64,000 nt of DNA from Spongospora subterranea f. sp. subterranea (lineage: Eukaryota): positions 62,001 through 126,000 of the forward strand of contig JAUGWO010000023.1 of the NCBI GenBank assembly GCA_049724395.1. The letters are read 5' to 3'. Position 1 is the stretch's first letter. Each line of letters begins with the position of its first letter. Below, in pieces: positions 60,583-64,000 of the stretch. The notes beneath the pieces were generated by a model that did not search any database, was not told the DNA's origin, and worked only from the letters and a program-made list of their open reading frames with translations. Both the position numbers and the translations under genes were made by a program.

Positions 60583-63500
60583 ATGGCAGCGTCATCCGGG
60601 CCGTCAATCGTTCACCAAGGATACCTCTATAAATTGCCAATTTCGTTCGGCAGTCGGATACGTAGAGGATGGAAATCGCGCTATTTTGTTTTGAATGGCG
60701 ACCAATTATCGTAATGGATAACCCGAAGGGGTTCTCGACGCTCACCAGTTACTGACGAATCGACATTGCCCAGATATTATACGAAACAGACGGCCAAGAC
60801 GGCCAAAGGGTCCATGAACGTCCATTCGTGCAAAATCATTGATGCCGTCGACCTGACTGAGAAGGAGTTCTCATTCGCCATCGTGTTTGGAAATCCGTCG
60901 TCGCCGAACCATTATCTGTTCCTCCGTGCCGCCAGTCTATCGCAGAAATCTAAATGGGTGTCGGCGCTGAGCAGTGCGGCCAGTTTCGAGGTTCCATTCT
61001 CTGGCTGGTTCCCGGCACGATCAGCGCCCTCGAAACCCGCTCCGTTGCCCGTTCAAGCCAATCCTGTCCTTGGGCGATTCCAAGTGCCGTTCGTGCAATA
61101 TCTTCCGGTGGGTGTCGATGCGCCTAGAGAGGTGACGTTGGAGGACGGATCGGTATATCGTGGATCATGGCTCAAAGGACTAGCTCATGGACATGGCGCT
61201 TTGCAGCTAGCGTCAGGTCGATCATATCATGGACAGTGGAAGGTAACTCAACCAAACACCTCTGACAAAATTCGAAAGTTACGACCCACATTTGACAACT
61301 TGGAGACAGCAATGTAGTTTACGTTTACCTCAAATCTCGATGCAAAAAGTGAATAACCCACAATAGAGCTGGTTTTATACTGTTAGGAAGGAATGGCATG
61401 TGGGCAAGGGAAGTTTGAGTCTCCGTCCTCAACAGAGTCGTATAAAGGCCATTTTTCATTCGGCCAGCCTGATGGGATCGGGCGTCTAGAACAGGATGAT
61501 GGGTCCATATACGAAGGCGATTTCAATGCTGGAAAGAAATCAGGTTCTGGAACGATCACCTTGAAAAATGGCGATTCATATTCCGGCGCCTTCGATAACG
61601 ATCAGGTTGGTGAATTGAAGCCCCCAAAACCTTGCTCCGCCTGAACCAGCATCGCTATCAGATGTCGGGGAAAGGCGCATTACGATATAGTAATGGCGAT
61701 AAATATGAGGGAGAAATGGCGAATAACTGCCGATCTGGGAGAGGGAAGTTCACCCGCCCTAAACTGTTCACATTCCTGGGCCAATTCGCCATGGACCAAC
61801 CAATTGAGGGCGTTATCACTTACGTCGATGGTGGGAAATACAGAGGGAGTGTCGACATATACATTCAACGATCGGGAGAGGTTTTCTCACGTATTCAATT
61901 CGCAGTCCCAAAACTGATCCATTGTCGAAGGGAGAAATGCGATGGGCGAACGGCGATGTTTATGATGGGTATTGGATAGACGATTTGGAAGACGGTGAGG
62001 GGAAAATGGAATATGGAAATGGTGATATATATCGAGGGGAATGGCGAGCCGGCAAGCGATCAGGACGAGGGCAACTCAGATATTACGCATCAGGAGACGT
62101 ATATTATGGGCTATTCCACCATCAGTTGGTGTTTTTCTGGTCCACGGGCGTCATCCACAGACTGAATCATTGTCAGAGTGGCAAACGGAGAGGGGATAAT
62201 TGAATATAAAGACGGATCCAAGTTCCAGGGCACATTCATAAACGGCGTCAAGTCTGGTAAAGGAAGTCTTCAACTCACAGATGGGCGAATACTAGAAGGT
62301 ATTCACACGATTTCTGAACTCGAACTATATCGTGTGAATAAGCGGTATTTTAGGAATGTGGACCAACGGCGAGCTGACCAGTATTGAGGGAATGACCCAT
62401 CCTAATGGGGATCGATATATTGGGTACTTGCAGGACAACGCATACCATGGCGATGGGGAACTTCATTTCGGCAATGGGTCCATCTTTAAAGCCAAGGTTT
62501 TCACAGTCTCTGTTATGTCAATGGGAAACGCGAAGTTTGACGAACAAAATAGTTTGACCTCGGAAATTTCCCCGACAACGGCCTGATGGTCTACGCTAAC
62601 GGCGATGAATGGACAGGGCGAGTCGACGAGAATGGTCGTCGCCAGGGATATGGGATCATGTCCTGGGTGAATGGTGATCAGTTCTCCGGCACGTACTTGG
62701 ACGATAAACGGCACGGAAGGGTCTGGACAAGTAGTTCATGTGTTCGCAAACGCTGCTGATATACATTAGGGGAATATGATAACGTCCGATGGGAATGATT
62801 CCATACAGTATTACGATATGGATGAGGTCAAAACGATGGTGCCCGAAGTTGATGATCTTATCAAACCTTCCATTTGTGGGAAACCGACAACCGACGGAAG
62901 AAAACCTGCCTCATTAAACCACCAAAATCGGCCTCAAAATAGACAAGTTTATGAACAGGAACGCTCATCCAGGCCACAAATCAACGTAATGATCAAACGT
63001 GATAGCAATGTAGGTTCATAAGTGATCAGGCTGAGAACCGTCGATCAACCTTTAACTGGATAGGCGTCGCAGCCGACACCAGACAAAGTGGCATCCCGAC
63101 TGAAGGGGTTCGTATCGACGGGTCTTGAATTGAAAAATCCTGCGAAGGCGCTTAGTGGGCGAACAAGTAGGTGAGAACGCACACGAAGATATTGATGGGA
63201 TTGTTGATGCGTTGTGGGTTAGTATTGAGTCTGTAAACATCTCATTCGAAGACGACGACAAGGCGACTGTGAAGGAGATTAGCCGGCAATATAGTATTGA
63301 TAGTGTGGTGATAAGCGAATCAGGTTCCGAAACCGATGATCCACTGGCCGATATCGACCAGCCAAGATGTGTCACTCCAAAACATATGATCTTGTCCTAT
63401 GAGCCTAGACCATTGACACACGGTTCATATATTTCGTTCGTTATCTGTTGGTTGACATCCATTCCTGACCAGCTTGGAGAATAGGGGCCCACAGCGATGG

Positions 63501-64000
63501 ATATGGCGTCGGTATGGCCCTACTTAACACACGTCAATGGCAAACATCGATACTCGATAGCAGGCGGCAAAGTAAAAGCGATTACCTAACAACATTGCAT
63601 GCACTGAGAATTATATGATCTCAGGACACCAATCAGGAAATGAATATGGGAGACGCCTTGATATACTTCAGAATGTGGTGAAGGTAATTGAGTTCATATT
63701 ATCATGGGCTGATGTATTCAATGAACCATGGCAGAACCAGCAGGAACAAAAGTCGACACTGAAAGCGAATCCCCACTCCGATGCGTCACAGACTAGGAGA
63801 ATAGATATCACGACACGCCTTCGCGCAAGGCAAAGTGATACGCCCGTATCGAATATTATCGTAGGAAGGCTAACGAAAACAACAACAGCAGGGCAAGATG
63901 AAACTGTGAAAATGGGGCAAAATACCGAGAGCGCTAAAGAATTGAACGAGAACAAGGTTAAGAAATATATCAATTTAGGAAACACCGATATTGTGGAGGA
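60583..64000 (+). CDS. PH-domain plus MORN-repeat protein; 3' extent uncertain, may run past the window
   Basis: HQGYLYK..GWKSRYFVL..KSKWVSAL (PH), then many YxGxW..G..HGxG MORN repeats; a + frame stays open from ~63720 to the end. Confidence 0.8.

Overview
Gene-dense eukaryotic (protist-like) nuclear DNA with many short (~50-70 nt) GT-AG introns. A phytomyxid/plasmodiophorid-type rhizarian is my guess from genome style only. Housekeeping genes include a LAT-type amino-acid permease, a C2H2 zinc-finger protein, WDR24, succinyl-CoA ligase beta, a METTL21-like methyltransferase, CLC-6/7, TRAPPC9, an Sfi1-like protein, AcpS, DDX11/Chl1, BolA3, a QWRF/HAUS8-like protein, C2orf69, holocytochrome-c synthase and a PH-MORN protein. 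They alternate with islands of decayed transposons (Copia, Penelope-like, DD39D mariner, PIF/Harbinger). Two signals stand out. (1) A spliced gene at 50059-52019(-) fuses a DH-PH RhoGEF to a polyproline tract and a complete C-terminal WH2-Central-Acidic(Trp) module. This is a candidate GEF-coupled Arp2/3 nucleation-promoting factor, and a degenerate DH-PH paralogue lies nearby. (2) Several transposon-relic islands are folded back on themselves as long imperfect inverted repeats (at least five, 0.3 to ~2 kb, from unrelated TE classes). This suggests a recurrent fold-back process and possibly hairpin-RNA/siRNA source loci. Exon boundaries and alignments were read by eye and no database searches were run.
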